NCBI GenBank assembly: GCA_012295275.1
Contig: CM022673.1
Coordinates: 11,408,001-11,472,000, forward strand
Source of the DNA: Chrysomallon squamiferum
Lineage: Eukaryota > Animalia > Mollusca
Length of the DNA: 64,000 bases
Direction: 5' to 3'
The notes below the pieces were generated by a model, which saw only the letters and a list, made by a program, of their open reading frames with translations, ran no database searches and was not told the origin of the DNA. Below are positions 50,513 through 64,000 of the stretch, one piece after another. The translations under genes and the position numbers were made by a program. How positions within the stretch are numbered: the stretch's first letter is position 1; every line of letters begins with the position of its first letter.

Positions 50513-51359
50513 TTTTTAAGATTACATCTCTTTGTCAGCACAAAAAGAATTGTAATTAAATCATTCTTAAATTTAATAAGCTATATATTTAGTGTGCTGT
50601 TATATAAAATGTATTTTATTTTGACTGCCTTGTGAAATACACTTCAGGAGGAACTGGGGTTGTTTTTTATTAATAAAAAATATATTTATTTGATCTCACT
50701 TTATCTAATAGTCCTGGTATTAAACTGGCAGTAGTAAGAACTGAAGAATGATCTTTTTTTTTTTTAAAGTAGTTGATTTTGTAAAAAAAAAAAAAAAAAG
50801 TTTTATCACAAATTTTAAAATGGGTTAGGATGATTGAACAAAGTTATAACAAGAAAACGAAAGATGTATATTAATTTATTATTATTTTCTTCTTGGATGT
50901 TGTTTCAGATATGACATTCATAACAAACTTGTCAACTTTATGACTCCTCTGGACAACACAACCTGGTCTGAAGAAGCCAAGTAATCATATTTTGTATTTA
51001 AATTAACATTTAATTTTTAAAAACATAAATTTAAAAAAAAAAAAAAAAAAAAAATATTCATAACACACTTGCGACAATCTCCATTAATGAATGTCTCCAC
51101 ACTTTTCCAAAACTAAAAATTTGACAAAAAAATCATTAGAGAAAAGAAAACAGATCTGTATAACTTTGATTATTCTGGACCATTTGTTGTTTGTTTTTTG
51201 TTAATTAAACTTACTTATTTGATATTTTAAATGTGATTTTTTATTATTATTTTTTCCAGAAATGATTTATTTAAGTCCTTGTTTGGTCACCATTTCCAGC
51301 AGTCAGAGGCAGGTGAAGAAAAAGAAGTCAGTGAAAGCAGTGTGTGTGTTGAGAGATGA
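43479..51359 (+). CDS. AATF: Protein AATF/Che-1 (Bfr2 family)
   Basis: Exons 43479-43557, 44005-44169 ([10 protein letters not shown]), 44679-44886, 45191-45315, 46099-46176, 46428-46565 ([14 protein letters not shown]), 46847-46961, 47706-47885, 48369-48477 (KWHDKT), 48850-48972, 49744-49883 ([20 protein letters not shown]), 50391-50472 ([12 protein letters not shown], with one extra A), 50909-50980 (KLVNFM), 51260-51359 (LFKSLFG). Confidence 0.95.
45735..45805 (+). mobile_element. Short RTE-type retroelement fragment
   Basis: GGGGATGCTAGCCCCATGCTCAATCCTCCTTTCTCACCAGGGTTTGGGATGGGC resembles, from memory, a conserved terminal motif of RTE-clade elements. It is a GC-rich island in an AT-rich intron. 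Confidence 0.4.
47451..47535. repeat. (TTATT)n pentanucleotide repeat
   Basis: Visible run. Confidence 0.95.
49039..49268. repeat. Minisatellite with a unit of about 26 bp, about 9 units, in an AATF intron
   Basis: Unit TGTGTCTTCAGTTTTAAATATTAAAC with small variants. Confidence 0.92.
50081..50200 (+). ncRNA. Candidate structured intronic RNA (H/ACA-like layout)
   Basis: 14-bp stem TCTGTGCAGTTGTC/GATAGCTGCACAGA with two G:U pairs, AGAGGA (ANANNA), a second hairpin, and ACA at 50195-50197. Confidence 0.35.
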
Positions 51360-52708
51360 TATTAAAATATTTGTTACTTTTTCATTCGTTGTTTAACTTT
51401 TAAAATATAGTTATCTTCTTCTAAGTAATAGTTGATGCTGTGCTCTGCAGAGTAACATTTTGATAAATTTATTTCAGATAACATGATCTTTGTCTGAAGT
51501 TATTGTGCGGTTTTGTTAGGATTTACAAGTTTGCTTTTTCCACCTCATATTTCTTTAATTACATGAGCAAGTAAGGAAAATGTTCCATTGTTATTTTTTA
51601 GTCTTCATAAAACATTATTAATGGTGGGTCTCATTAAATAAATAAACTAAACAGTTCTGACTCAAACCGGTATTTTCAACCAGTGTCACAAAAACAAAGA
51701 AGATTAAGATAGATAAATAATTGAAGAGTTCAACAGTGTTTGGATAATTATATCCAATGTTAAAATCTCTTCAAAATCTACATTCAATAAATGGCCAGAT
51801 CCTAGCAATAGGATTTTGATAATTATTCTGAAAATGTAACATTACACATGGCCAACTTCTCAGGAAATTTAACAGCTTCAACTCTAGTACTCATCTTGAG
51901 TTTCAAGTAAAGTGTTGAATAAATGTGCACTTCGTACAGAAGGACACGTTTGAAGAGCAAATAATATTCCTGAACATTACTCTTTCAAATGAATGTATGT
52001 TGACTGCAGCTGAGGTCTAGAACACTTCTGTCAGCTTTAAAGTACCCCCTTTTTTCAGATCCAATGATACTTGAATGACAAAAGTTAGTGCTCGGTGTTT
52101 TCTTGCAAACGTATCCTATGGAGTTTCAGTAGCAGATTTAACATTTAAATTTGTCAACACATCAGCTGTTGTTAAATATGTGAAATAATAGCTCGGACTT
52201 CATACACAAGTTAAAAACAAACAGTATTTCTTTTTGTTATCAATTTATTGTAGTTTTACAGTTTAGTTTAACACCAAACTCATCACATACAAATGTTTTT
52301 TTTTTTAAAACAGCTTGTATGAAAAACAGGTTTATTATATAATCTTGATATTAAACATATGTATATATATATATATATCTTTAATACAAAACAGTGGCTG
52401 TGAAATATGTGACCAATTTCCCTAAAGGGAACAAACTGCAGAACCGTTTCACAGCTATCTTTTGGCAGTTATCATATTCTGGAGTTTGTTTTCTGTATTT
52501 TTGTTTTAATCTTGTTCATTAAATAAAACTGAATTATGTTCTTAATGTGTCAAAAGAAATTTCTCTGTGCCAAAACCCAATTTATACTGGTGTCTGTTTT
52601 AACTTCATTTTTGTCATCATACAAATAGATTTATATAATTTTAATTCAAATTTATATGTTTGTATCTTCTGAAATGCAGGAAAATATAAATGAAAGAATT
52701 TAAAAACT

Positions 52709-52747
<39 letters not shown>

Positions 52748-54613
52748 TACCAATAGATTTTTCTGAGGGAATGGGTCACATATACGTAACATTTTACATA
52801 TCAACACATTTTACAAACATAACAAACATGATGGGTAGCTGTACAAATCATATTAATGCCTTCCAAGAAAGAAAAATGTGCACAAATGTGGTAAACCAAC
52901 ATGATTGTTAACACTGATAAATTTGTAAATTTTAACATGTTTATATTAAATATATTGGCTTAACTTTTTGTTTTGAAATTTTGATACATATCCTACAGAT
53001 CAATTTTCATATATATATATATATCTTTTCAGTTTATAAATATATACATTCTGATGTACAAATAGATAAATTTAATACAGATTTAACAATAATATTGGAG
53101 ACAGTGATTGTTACATCACAGAAAAAAAATAGATCTTGATATCATAAAAATACAATTTTCAACAATTTTTCATAATTCTGTGACGTAAAAATAATTTAAA
53201 ACACATTCAGGAATTTTACAATTTCCTTATTTTAGGAGCTTCTTAATACATTTTTATTACTAAACAGACTTTTGTAAGCATACACATTAGTGTGGTTGTA
53301 GATTTTTTGTCATCGAAACCTCCTTTGTGACAATATTAAAACCTCAAAAGTACCTTTTGAGTCAGGTACTTTTCAAAACGTTCCTCTAAAGACCCGGCAT
53401 AGAATACCCTCCCCAACATTTACATTAATTCTTATCACACTCAAAAATCAGCATTTTATTTCTCACCCACATCCTAATACATGAAAAGAAGATTTGATTT
53501 GAAAATTTTGAATATTAACCCAATACGGTTATCTCCGTTCATAAACCATCACAATAATAAATAAATAAATAGTCATATAATTCAAATTATAATTTATAAC
53601 TCTACAGTAAATCAATTTTCAACAATTTTATATCCTTTTAAATCTGAATTCAAATGTGTACAAAGGATTTCTAAAGGATGAAATGGTTGACATTTGTTCA
53701 CGTACTAAGCACTACATTGTTTATTTTTTATAAATTAACGAACTGTTGCCTATTTAATTTCTATTAATTTAGCACTTACAGAACAAACTCAAAGAGTACA
53801 CATATCACTAAGCTGCAGAACAGAAATAACATCATACTGCAGGATGTTTTTGTATGTGAAAGGCGAATATGATTAATGATTTATTTAATGAGTATGTTGA
53901 AAAACCATGTCAATCTGAAAATTTAATTCTTTTTAAATTCTGAAAATAAACACAGTCCATTAAACACAGTATCTGGGGGGGAAAATAAAAAAGACTGTTA
54001 ACTAGCTCTTATATAGCAAGAAAAGAAAAATATTCAAACAATGGTCTTGCTTGCATTTTGAAAATGACCAAAAACTCAATATCACAAAATTATATTTGAA
54101 TAATGCCCCTTGAAATGAGATTTCAACCAATAACTAAATTAAATCTTACAGTTACCAGAAATGTTAATGCAAAACTTTGTCACATATTTATAAAAATAAA
54201 ATACAATATTAACTGTCTGAATCCTGGAAAACTGGTCTAATGTAAAGGCAATTGACAATGATTTTTCTTCAAGCTGATCTGGTTTGCATTATTCAGCTAT
54301 TTGTAACTTACATTTAATTTTAAATAAACTTTATTCGAGTCCATTATACTAATCCTTGTGCTAGAGGTTCCAAATTCTAAGGGTTAAAATTTTTTAGTTA
54401 TTTATCAACTCACTGTATCCATCTTTTAAACAAAGCTCCAAAAAACACTTTTAATACATTTTATCAGCTTTTGGAGACAGTTTCATCAATGTGGAATTTC
54501 ACTGTTGCTTAGGAAAAAACAAATACTACATCAGTCACGACAATATAAATAGTTCAAATAAAATAACTTAAGAAACAAAAGAGAAGGGAAAAAAAAGAAT
54601 TTACGTAAATCTG

Positions 54614-54648
<35 letters not shown>

Positions 54649-54946
54649 GTCAACATAAATGCAATGTGATGCAACCATCCAATAACTTAAACCTACTTAA
54701 ACACACATGTATGTAAAAAAAAAAAAAACGTTAATGAGAAATGGACGAGAAGGAATGTCTGTTTGGGTGATAGCACTTAAGATTTCTTTCCACGTCTTTC
54801 AAAACCATGCATAAGTGAACTGCAACGACTAAGGCACGAAAATGTCTACGAGGGCTCCACCCTGCACACACTTTGCCGCACTGGGAACACTAAACATTAT
54901 CACAGTCGATACTCGAAATGAACGGGTATGGAGGGGGGGGCAACCA

Positions 54947-55223
54947 CTACGTGCTAATTCTTTTACTCTCTGTCCTGACCCTCGATGATTTCCTGGTTGT
55001 GAACTTAGCGTCTCTACACTTCTGACAGGTGTAGGTGTCGGGAATGTTTGTTTTGCGAATCTTCGCACACGACAGATGTATCCACGTGGCACACTCGCTG
55101 CATTCGATCATGGGTCGACCGGAATATGGCTTCATGCAAAAACATGTTATCAGATCAGCATCATCATCTGAAAAATAAATTAAAAAATAATAATCATAAT
55201 AATAGCCGTATTAATAATTGTAA

Positions 55224-55268
<45 letters not shown>

Positions 55269-55634
55269 GATATCAAAAATGAATGAGTAAAGTAAAATAA
55301 AAATAAAGACTATAAAAATTGACAGCCTTTTTTCTTTTCCTCTGAATATTAAATTGTTAACACTAACAATATAAGCAGTAGAATGCAGATTTATTTTTTC
55401 TAACTTTATGCTAAATAGTTGTCAAAAGTAAAATGGAATTATTCAATATACTAATATTAACTATAACTATTTATTAAATTGAATTTTAAATCTAACATCT
55501 GTTACTGTGAATATTGCCAAAAACATTTTTTAAACTTAGCACTTAACCTTTCATAGTAATAAAATAATTTGTTATATCATGATATTTGACTACTGTCATA
55601 CCCCCATCAGTTAATTTACATTCAGCATTTTTAA

Positions 55635-55677
<43 letters not shown>

Positions 55678-58600
55678 AATGCTGAATGTTTGTACCTTAT
55701 AACCAACATTTTGAAGCAAATAAATTATTTACTAGAAAGAATACAAGTCTTTAACAAGAAGAAATGAAACAGTAATGTACTATGACATATCAATACTTTT
55801 TTTGCACCAGTAGTTACATTTGTAAGCAATCTTCTAGTTACCTGACAATGTTGGACCAAGTCTGTCGGGGGACTGAAAACCGAACTGGTCATGTGACGGA
55901 CTGAATGATTCTTGTTCTGATAACGACATTGCTGATGATGATGATTCAGATGCGTAACTCTCTGCAGTACTGCCACTGCTATCCAATGGGCTCATGTTAT
56001 TTTGCGTTCTTAATTCCTATAATGATAAAAAAGAAATGTCTGCTATTACCTTGATAAATAAATATTATATTGTAAACAGAAATGGCATAGTGTGTATCTT
56101 ATATTAATCAACATTTGTAGCTTTCTTTCATATAGTTTTTAAAAATGTTGAGCATTAAGTAAGATTTATTACACATATGAAAACCATTATGTAATTATCT
56201 GATAGAATGTAATTGTGAAATAATAATGCTGTCAAGATAATAAAATTCTATATAAAATGGAACATGAAATGGTATTTTCTATTGTTTTTTTTTACAAATG
56301 AATGCGGGTTTTTTTTGGTTTGTTAGTGGGGTTTTTTTTGTTGTTGGTTGTTTTGTTTTTTTTGCCACGTACGTGTGCACTATCTTTACTAAGTTCTTAT
56401 TTAACAACTTATCAAATTTATTTTTTGCTCAAATAAAATATTTTAAATATTGGGGCATTTAGACCTACGTCGTTCAATTGTAATTTTATGTTAATTGTGT
56501 AAGAACAGTAATAAAAACATAATTAAAACGCTCTGCCTACATCACTGAAATTAAATGCATAAGCTTTTACACGACCTCAGAAAAAAGAAAGCAGTTTTAA
56601 GAAAATAAGGGGTTGCAACACTTAAAGCAATAGCAAGAGATTCATGCAAAATGTTCAACCTTCGCACGTCGATTAAAGGTCACAACTTGACCTCAAAGCA
56701 CCAGGAAAATTACTACAAAGCGCCCCAGTACATCAACCAATCAAAACGCAGCATGTTGCTGTCGAGCTGATGGCTAACCTACATGTTGAACAGCCATGGC
56801 CCTATGGATTACCGCCATGAACGAAAAAGTAACCAAAACAACCAGGGAATATCTTGTATACGAGAAAAACTACCTATTACTGTAGGTTGCAGCAATTTCT
56901 TTGTTATGTGTGTGTATTACCTCTAAAAGGTAAGAAGGATACCATGAATAGATAACTGCATATATAGGCCAGCAACAAAGAACAACTTTATTCGCAGATG
57001 GCTAAAAATAGCACAGGGTCAGTGTAGTTAGTGGAAGGGACGACCTTCACCTACACTAGGAGTAACCAACAGGATGGTTGTAGATAATGAATGGGCTTGT
57101 CGCTCGATTTAATGTGTGCAGAAGTTAAAGCCGTAATGTACACACTGCAAACTAGAACACCTTGTACATGTATTGCAGACATCATTTGCATATCAGTGGA
57201 CAATCAAAAACATTTTTATTTTATGCAATATACGTTTTTCTAATTTCTGTTTTATTAATTTGTGTAGAAAGTGTAGTTGGAACATTCTACTTAGTAAATT
57301 TTAGACAAATTATTTAGTTCTATTATCATTATCTGTAGTCATAAATTATTATGATTATTAATATTATTATTAAACTTAAACTTAGAGTGCTTTCTGTTAA
57401 CATTTTCTTGGTTTCTATTGCAATATATAAATATAATTTTATAATGAACATAAAATAAAACGAAGTGGAAAAGAAAATTTTGTTTATTTTTTTCAGTAAG
57501 TTTATATTTATTATATGTATTAGGGAATGGAAAACACTGTTCACTATTTATTGTTGTTGAAAAAATATTGTTCTGTCTACTGGTAGTTCAGGTTAGAATA
57601 AATAAACAACTAACCCATCCAAGACAAAAAACAATTCTGAATTATGCAGAAATATGTCATTTTTAAAATGAAAATTTTAGGTACTGCAATCATATAAAAT
57701 AATATAATATTAAGTTGTTCTGTTTATGTGTGAAACTAGTTAAATAGAGGATTTTCCTAAATAGCAAGCCTTCTTTCAGGATATTGTTTAAAACTGACAG
57801 ATAACAAAACCTGAACTTTCTGTCAACTGACTGCATGCAACAGGCTTAACGAAGGGATAAAAGGTTCATTAACGCTTTGTAAAGGGTATTTTATGAATTA
57901 GTTACTTGCTATTGTTTTTGCATAATAATGGTTAAATTTCACAACAAAGCAGGTAAGGTATAAAAGTATAGTTAAAGATCCAGTTAGAATTTGTTTTAGA
58001 AAAGTTTTACATTGTATATTATGTTTAATATTGAAGTGAATATAGTTGTAAGGGTATTTTATCATCACAGTTGCATCCCTGTACCACATATTTGTCAACC
58101 ATTGTGTAATGGCTGTATTTTTGTTTATATGACTGACTGTAACTAAAATAACTGTATTAAAATGTATTATCCATTTATTTATATTTGAATTTTCTGTCAA
58201 ATATTTTAGTCTATCATAAAGTGACAACTTTCTTTCTCAAATGTTTGAATTTGTTTTATCTTACTGCTTACTGACTGTCAGTCATTGTTATTATGTAATG
58301 ATATTAAAGAAAACCCAGTTAGCCTGTTATTGATACTATCACTTTAGACAAAGATGACATGGGGCACTGGTTATCATGTGAAACAGCCCAGACTCATTGC
58401 CACAAGAATTGATCTGTGACATATGCCTGGTGAGAACTTTTCACGAAGGTCACGAAAAACAGCTTCAACATTTTTGTGTTTTTATAATATTTAAAGCAAG
58501 TAAAAATTTAGAGCTTTTGAAATAGTTTTAAAAGTTTTATACGGCTTCCTGTATTTTATACACGTTCAGTAGTTTCAATAAAATGTTCTGCTGCTAGTAT

Positions 58601-60714
58601 TACAAAAAAAACACCCTAATTATTCACTACATTCATGTTATTTTTGCAAACAATCTGTCAGCATGAAAAAAGTTAATAAATCTATTAATTTGTACAGTTG
58701 TTATACATAATCTAAATACAAATTATGTATATAACAGGAAACTGTAGTGTAGGTAAAACATAACCATTATTATATGGATCTTTTTACTGAAATGATGTGC
58801 TTATTTTAAAAATTATTAATGATATCACAGCAAAAATTACTGAGAGCATAAATGTAGTAAACCTCCATAATTAAATATTGTGTACCAACATAATATATGT
58901 AGATAAAATATAAAAAATGTAGATGTTTGTGTATCTAATATAAATTTATTATGTAACAGACACAGAGAACCCTTTTTTTTTCTTTTTTTTAAAACATATT
59001 TCTGAAAGTGGTCTGCATTGTAAAGTAAGGTAATAATAACTAGCCATTTAACACTGCTGAATTGACACATCTTATTCATTCATATGTGATTAAATCAGCA
59101 GTGATAAAAATGACAGGATTTTAGTTAATTAAAAACTGGGACCAACACTAACAGTTCCCATATCACTTTGAGCCAAACAAAAGGCAGAGAAAACAACTGC
59201 AAGTATCAAGCCTGCTGTCCAATATTGATAGCAAAAAATATATGAAAAAATAAGCTGATTCACAATGTATCATGAACATATTCCATCAGTTTTGGAATAT
59301 TTATTAAGTAATTTTAATCTGGGCCGCTTATTAAATTAGCTAGTATTTTTATAAACATATTCAGAATGGCTTGCTCTCACTGCTATTGATTTTGCAGTAA
59401 GTAGCTATGTATTTATATTATAATTAGATTTTCTTAATGGATATAAAATACAGTTCTGATTATTGAAGACTGCTGAGAAGTTGCATATTCAAGATAAGAA
59501 CTGATGCAGCATATTTAAAACAGTTCTTTACCCATTTGAATCTGAAGATAAAAACTGAAATACAATTTAAAATCAATCTGGTATTTACAAGATTAATTTT
59601 TAATTTTTTTTTTTTGTCAGAATATAATTTTGCTACTGTAACAGGCATTTTTTTTACTTTTAATATAATCATGAACAGATTGATATGTGTCACATTTGAT
59701 TACAAATGAAGTTTTTCTTCTATGTTTCAGGTTAATAATAATATATTTAATTAATAAACTAATCTTATTTTTATTTACAGACTGAAAAATGTTTATGAAA
59801 AATTCTGTACTGCTCACTACTAAGGGTAATTTGTAGACAAGATAAAGAAATTTCAAGTTTCATATTAAAATCACACAAAACATCTAGTGAATATTTCAAA
59901 AGGCAATGAAAACTGATACTAGAAAAAAACAACCCCAAAACCCCTAAAATAAATATATTAAGGCAACTGGTAAGTTTTTTACAGGTTCTGCAACCTAGCA
60001 ACATTTGTGTAACACCAATCATAAATTATTAATGATATTAATATTATCATTAAATTTTTAAGTTAAATATATTTTTTCTGCTGTGTCTTTACCTGTTAAA
60101 ATACACATTTGTAAGCTGTACTAGTGAGTTTACTTACCTTACCAGCTCACATGCTCAGTGTTGTCTTATAAACCTCATATCTGAGAAACATGTCTTAAAA
60201 CACCATCAAATACTGACCAACACAGCTTTGTTCAAACCCCAAAGTAGTTTGTGTGGCTGGCAGATCACGAATATTTCAGCATCGGCAACCCAATTTTGAT
60301 TGTGCATGTGCACCAGCTTGATCCAGTTCTTGATGAATGATAATTTTATATTTACTAACCAGACCAATCAATATTTGCTTTTATTGTCTTTTTAACTTGT
60401 AAGACAAACCTTGATTCATCTTTGATGCACTTTGTAATTGGCATAATATCTGGGTAAATCATTTGCAAAAATGCTGCTAGAAACAATTTGAAAAGTCTCT
60501 AAAAATGACAGCATGTTAATATTAACAGTAAATTAAAAACTTCTTTTTCTATTTTACTATTAGTCTAATTTCTACAGTGTTCCTTTGTTTTAGTACAATA
60601 AAAATGTCTTACCTCTTGCTGATGTGAATCATACTGCGTGTATGTTAGTACAATAGTACAAAAATCCATGAAGTCCTCTTTTGTTCGTTTTTTCTTATGA
60701 GGAGAGCTTCCCAC
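54947..60714 (-). CDS. PHF13/PHF23-like PHD finger protein (first coding exon unresolved)
   Basis: Minus-strand exons 60714-60613 ([19 protein letters not shown], like the PHF13/23 N-terminal motif RTVEDFNKFCSFVLAY), 56016-55842 (Ser-rich, [10 protein letters not shown]) and 55167-54947 ([47 protein letters not shown]). Phases are compatible. A further candidate exon lies at 63319-63279. Confidence 0.92.
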
Positions 60715-61940
60715 CTATAAAAAAACCCAAAGATATTTTACATACAGAAGCTATAAAACTGTTTTGCACCATAAAAGTGTTTGCAAAATATTTAAGAAAT
60801 GAATTTTTTTTTTTTTTTAGCAAGATAATGTTCCATGTTAAATAGCAAATAAAAATATAAAACAACTCACTGAAATATGAAAATGTTAGCATAATTTTAA
60901 TCTGCTATTTGACAGTCTTTTAATTTTAGGGTACTAATATGTTGTCAAAACATTCATGTCTTGTTTATTTTCCTTGGGATCAAACATGAAACTGTGTTAC
61001 AAACTTCACATTAAAATTACTATGTAATTTGATCATAAAAATTTGACATAAAAAAAACTTACACAGAAAGTTATAAAAATAATTGTGAAGTTTAGTGAGA
61101 AAGTTAGATATTTAATCATATCAGATGATCAATTTTTATACATATGTGAATAACAATGAAAATAAAATATAATAAATATGTATAGATAAAGTGAGATCTA
61201 TAAAAAAATATATTTTGAAAATGAAATTGCAATAGGAGTGTGAATATATTTTCTGGTATCCTGCCATCTAATATTTTTTCAAGATAATAACATGGTATTC
61301 AGCTACCTGTTAATTTAACATTTGATATTCATAAATATACTGCATGAAACATGTTACCTAAGAAACCAGAAGGAAGTGTCTAGAGACAAGGTCCTCATTT
61401 TAAAATTATTTACAAATATAAAGGATAGCTTTTAAACATTAAATGAATAAAAATGTTAGTTGTATTCATCAGTTCTGTCTTGGAAAACATCTGAATGTGC
61501 CTGTTATTATTACCTTTTTCTTCATCTGACTAATTTATGAATTTTATAGTCTAAAAACTATGACTGTATAAAAATTAATAAACATGCTTATTTTATTTCT
61601 AATTAAACCAGCAAGTAAAATTCATCTGTTACAGGTTTTGTTTTGTTCCAATTTACTTTTATAAGAATTCACAATAAATGGTTAAAATATTACACAACAT
61701 ATTAGTGTTGAACATTCTTTTTTTTTTGTAATTAACTAGAACTGGCCCCTCAAAGAATTCAATCATAATCGATTTTTGGGGTGACTGCTTGTTTAGTTTT
61801 GTTTGTTTTAACTTGTATATGAATGTAAATTAGATATAGGGAATGATTATTTAAGTACCAACATTCATAGGTGACAAAAGTAATACATAATATTGTTAAA
61901 TAAATTCTCATAACAGTTATAGTTGGTGCTTACTGTTTGT

Positions 61941-62090
61941 CACTGGCTATATCTCATTCCAACCAGTGTCTCACAAGTTGTTTATCAAAGGAGATGGTAA
62001 GTGTTTCCCTGTTTATGGAAGGTGCATATAAAATATACGAACAGTAAAGACATTGGAATTTGACATCTAAGAATTATTAATTTTATTATA
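61941..62090 (+). mobile_element. Decayed SINE body fragment (gastropod-type)
   Basis: GGCTATATCTCATTCCAACCAGTG...TATCAAAGG...GGTGCATATAAAA resembles the central domain of a gastropod SINE as I remember it; not verified by search. Confidence 0.5.
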
Positions 62091-63099
62091 AATATTTGTA
62101 TATTGTGCAATATATCTTTCATGTCAGCGATGTCTTAATTATTCTACTTAAACTGTATGAAATTCTTTGTTACTTCTATTGTTATAAACCTAAATACAAT
62201 GTTCATTTATGTCAAGCAGTTATTAAACCTTTATTCATGAACCCTGTAAATGTTGTCTTAGCCACAGATTTCAAAAATCATTTCACAGTATAATTTATAT
62301 TTAACAACTACATACACTTTCCAAACCCATTGACTAAAAATGCTTCTTGCTAATTATTATAAGTGATTTGTACCTGCCACATTTGTGAATATTTCACAGT
62401 AACACCAGATATATTATATTTTCCTATGTTTTATTTGTATCAAATCGCATTGTCATGTTTATACTAAAGATTACACATTTATGCTAATTAGATTTATTCA
62501 TCTTGATTATTCCAACTCATTACAGGACTTTCTACACTGTTTATCTTTTATATTTTTAATATACAGACTAAAAAATAGAAGAGATGATCAGGAAATTATT
62601 TACATTTTCAGAAATGATGTATTAGACCAGTGAAATATTTAGTTCATCATGATTTTGTTGTTTATTTAAAACACAACAAGAATTTCATGTAAAATTTAAA
62701 TTAATTTTCTTCAGAATTACAGTAAAAGAAACTATGTTTATTTTTGTTATAATGAAGTTGTAGGCCTAATGTATGAATTCTTGTTACCACATTGTAAACA
62801 AATGAATACTTAATAACCTAATTACCTATTTTCTTCTTAAAATTGACAAGTCAGTTTGCCATATTTTACATTAATAAGTTGTAGTAAATATGTTTTGTTT
62901 TTAAATTCATCAGTTTTAATGACATCATGATCATGCCCAATCCTTATCCTAACGTTGAAGCCGAAAGTGTAATATCTTAACATAAAAAACACCGACATTG
63001 TGGAGACAATACAAAAAAAGACATATCACGTTTGAAAATAAGTATTAATTGCTGTCATATGAAATGTATAGAATGTTTTGTAGATCAACAAAATGTTCA

Positions 63100-63880
63100 G
63101 GCCACTCCACAATCTGAGTCGCCAAAACGTTCGATTTTTAAAGACTCCATGTTCTTCATTCACTACTCAGTTATCCGACAATCCGCCATCTTGACACAGA
63201 GAGAACGAATACGTTTGTCACCGAACAAAAACGCCCAAACTACTAAAGGTACTTTTTAAAAAGAATACAGAAACTTACCTCGGTGAAAGTCTTTGGAAAG
63301 AATCTCTTGTTTGTTGGGGCTGAAAAGATAAGAAAAATAAATTATATATGCTTTAGACACAGTGAAAACGAGTCCGTTAGTACATTTTGTAACAAATTCC
63401 ATACGTGGGGCAAGAAACATTCATAAAGACGAAAAAGAAATATTTATAACTTCTACACATGAAACCTGGAATACATGGTGTCTTCTAAACATATATAAAT
63501 CAGTATTGTGAAAAAATATAAGTTTATCATTGAACGACAGGCTAAATTTTGCCTAATATGGCCTCTGAATGATGAAAATGTAGTCGGTCGAAATTTTCCT
63601 GAAAGACACCTGAAACAAATCGTTGTTTTTGTTTAACATTACATTATAAAGACTATAATATTCACAGCAACTAATGAACAAACCTTTAAAGACTTCTTCC
63701 GTCATATTTGTGACTAACTCCAGTTTGACGTTTGTACACAAACACAATTTTCTTTTTCACCTAACAAAACAAACCTCGATCAGCTTTGAAATCCAAGCAG
63801 TCAACGCTGTCGCTTGCTAGGGGTCACGACCCTTTGAATTTGCATATGTCAAGTACTGACCGCCCTATTTGCATAAATTA
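63100..63880 (-). promoter_or_regulatory. Promoter and 5' region of the PHF13/23-like gene
   Basis: CpG-richer. YY1-type CCGCCATCTT (63183-63192), two octamers ATTTGCAT (63838-63845, 63867-63874), and CTTTGAA TCF/LEF-like sites (63784, 63832). Confidence 0.5.
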
Positions 63881-64000
63881 TAAGCTATTACATCATTTGT
63901 ACGAGGTGTTGAATATATTCTGTTTTTCCATTTTCGGAACTTACAAAGTGGTATGCGCTGTTTAAACATATTCGACGTACTTAATATCCATGAATGCACA

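Overview
AT-rich, intron-rich animal genomic DNA, most likely a mollusc (gastropod-like SINE; this is an inference). All gene models were built by hand from GT-AG junctions and reading-frame phase. In order: (1) the 3' half of a CDC50/TMEM30 gene (+) with up to three in-phase candidate last exons and a decayed Tc1 transposase in its last intron; (2) a 3-exon single-pass membrane protein with one non-canonical C-type lectin domain (+); (3) a decayed APE/RT/RNase H LINE with nested MITE and microsatellite insertions; (4) two tandem paralogues of a MAP3K14(NIK)/MAP3K8(Tpl2)-like Ser/Thr kinase (+). Copy 1 is full length but has Lys at the alphaC glutamate position. Copy 2 keeps the Glu but has no visible start codon. 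Each copy is followed by a tRNA-like cloverleaf, and a long-TIR DNA transposon with a target-site duplication lies between them; (5) a 14-exon AATF/Che-1 gene (+) with a +1 homopolymer frameshift and a structured intronic RNA candidate; (6) a PHF13/PHF23-like PHD-finger gene (-) with a candidate internal alternative first exon. No prokaryotic features or CRISPR arrays. Most entries in the ORF track are spurious low-complexity frames.
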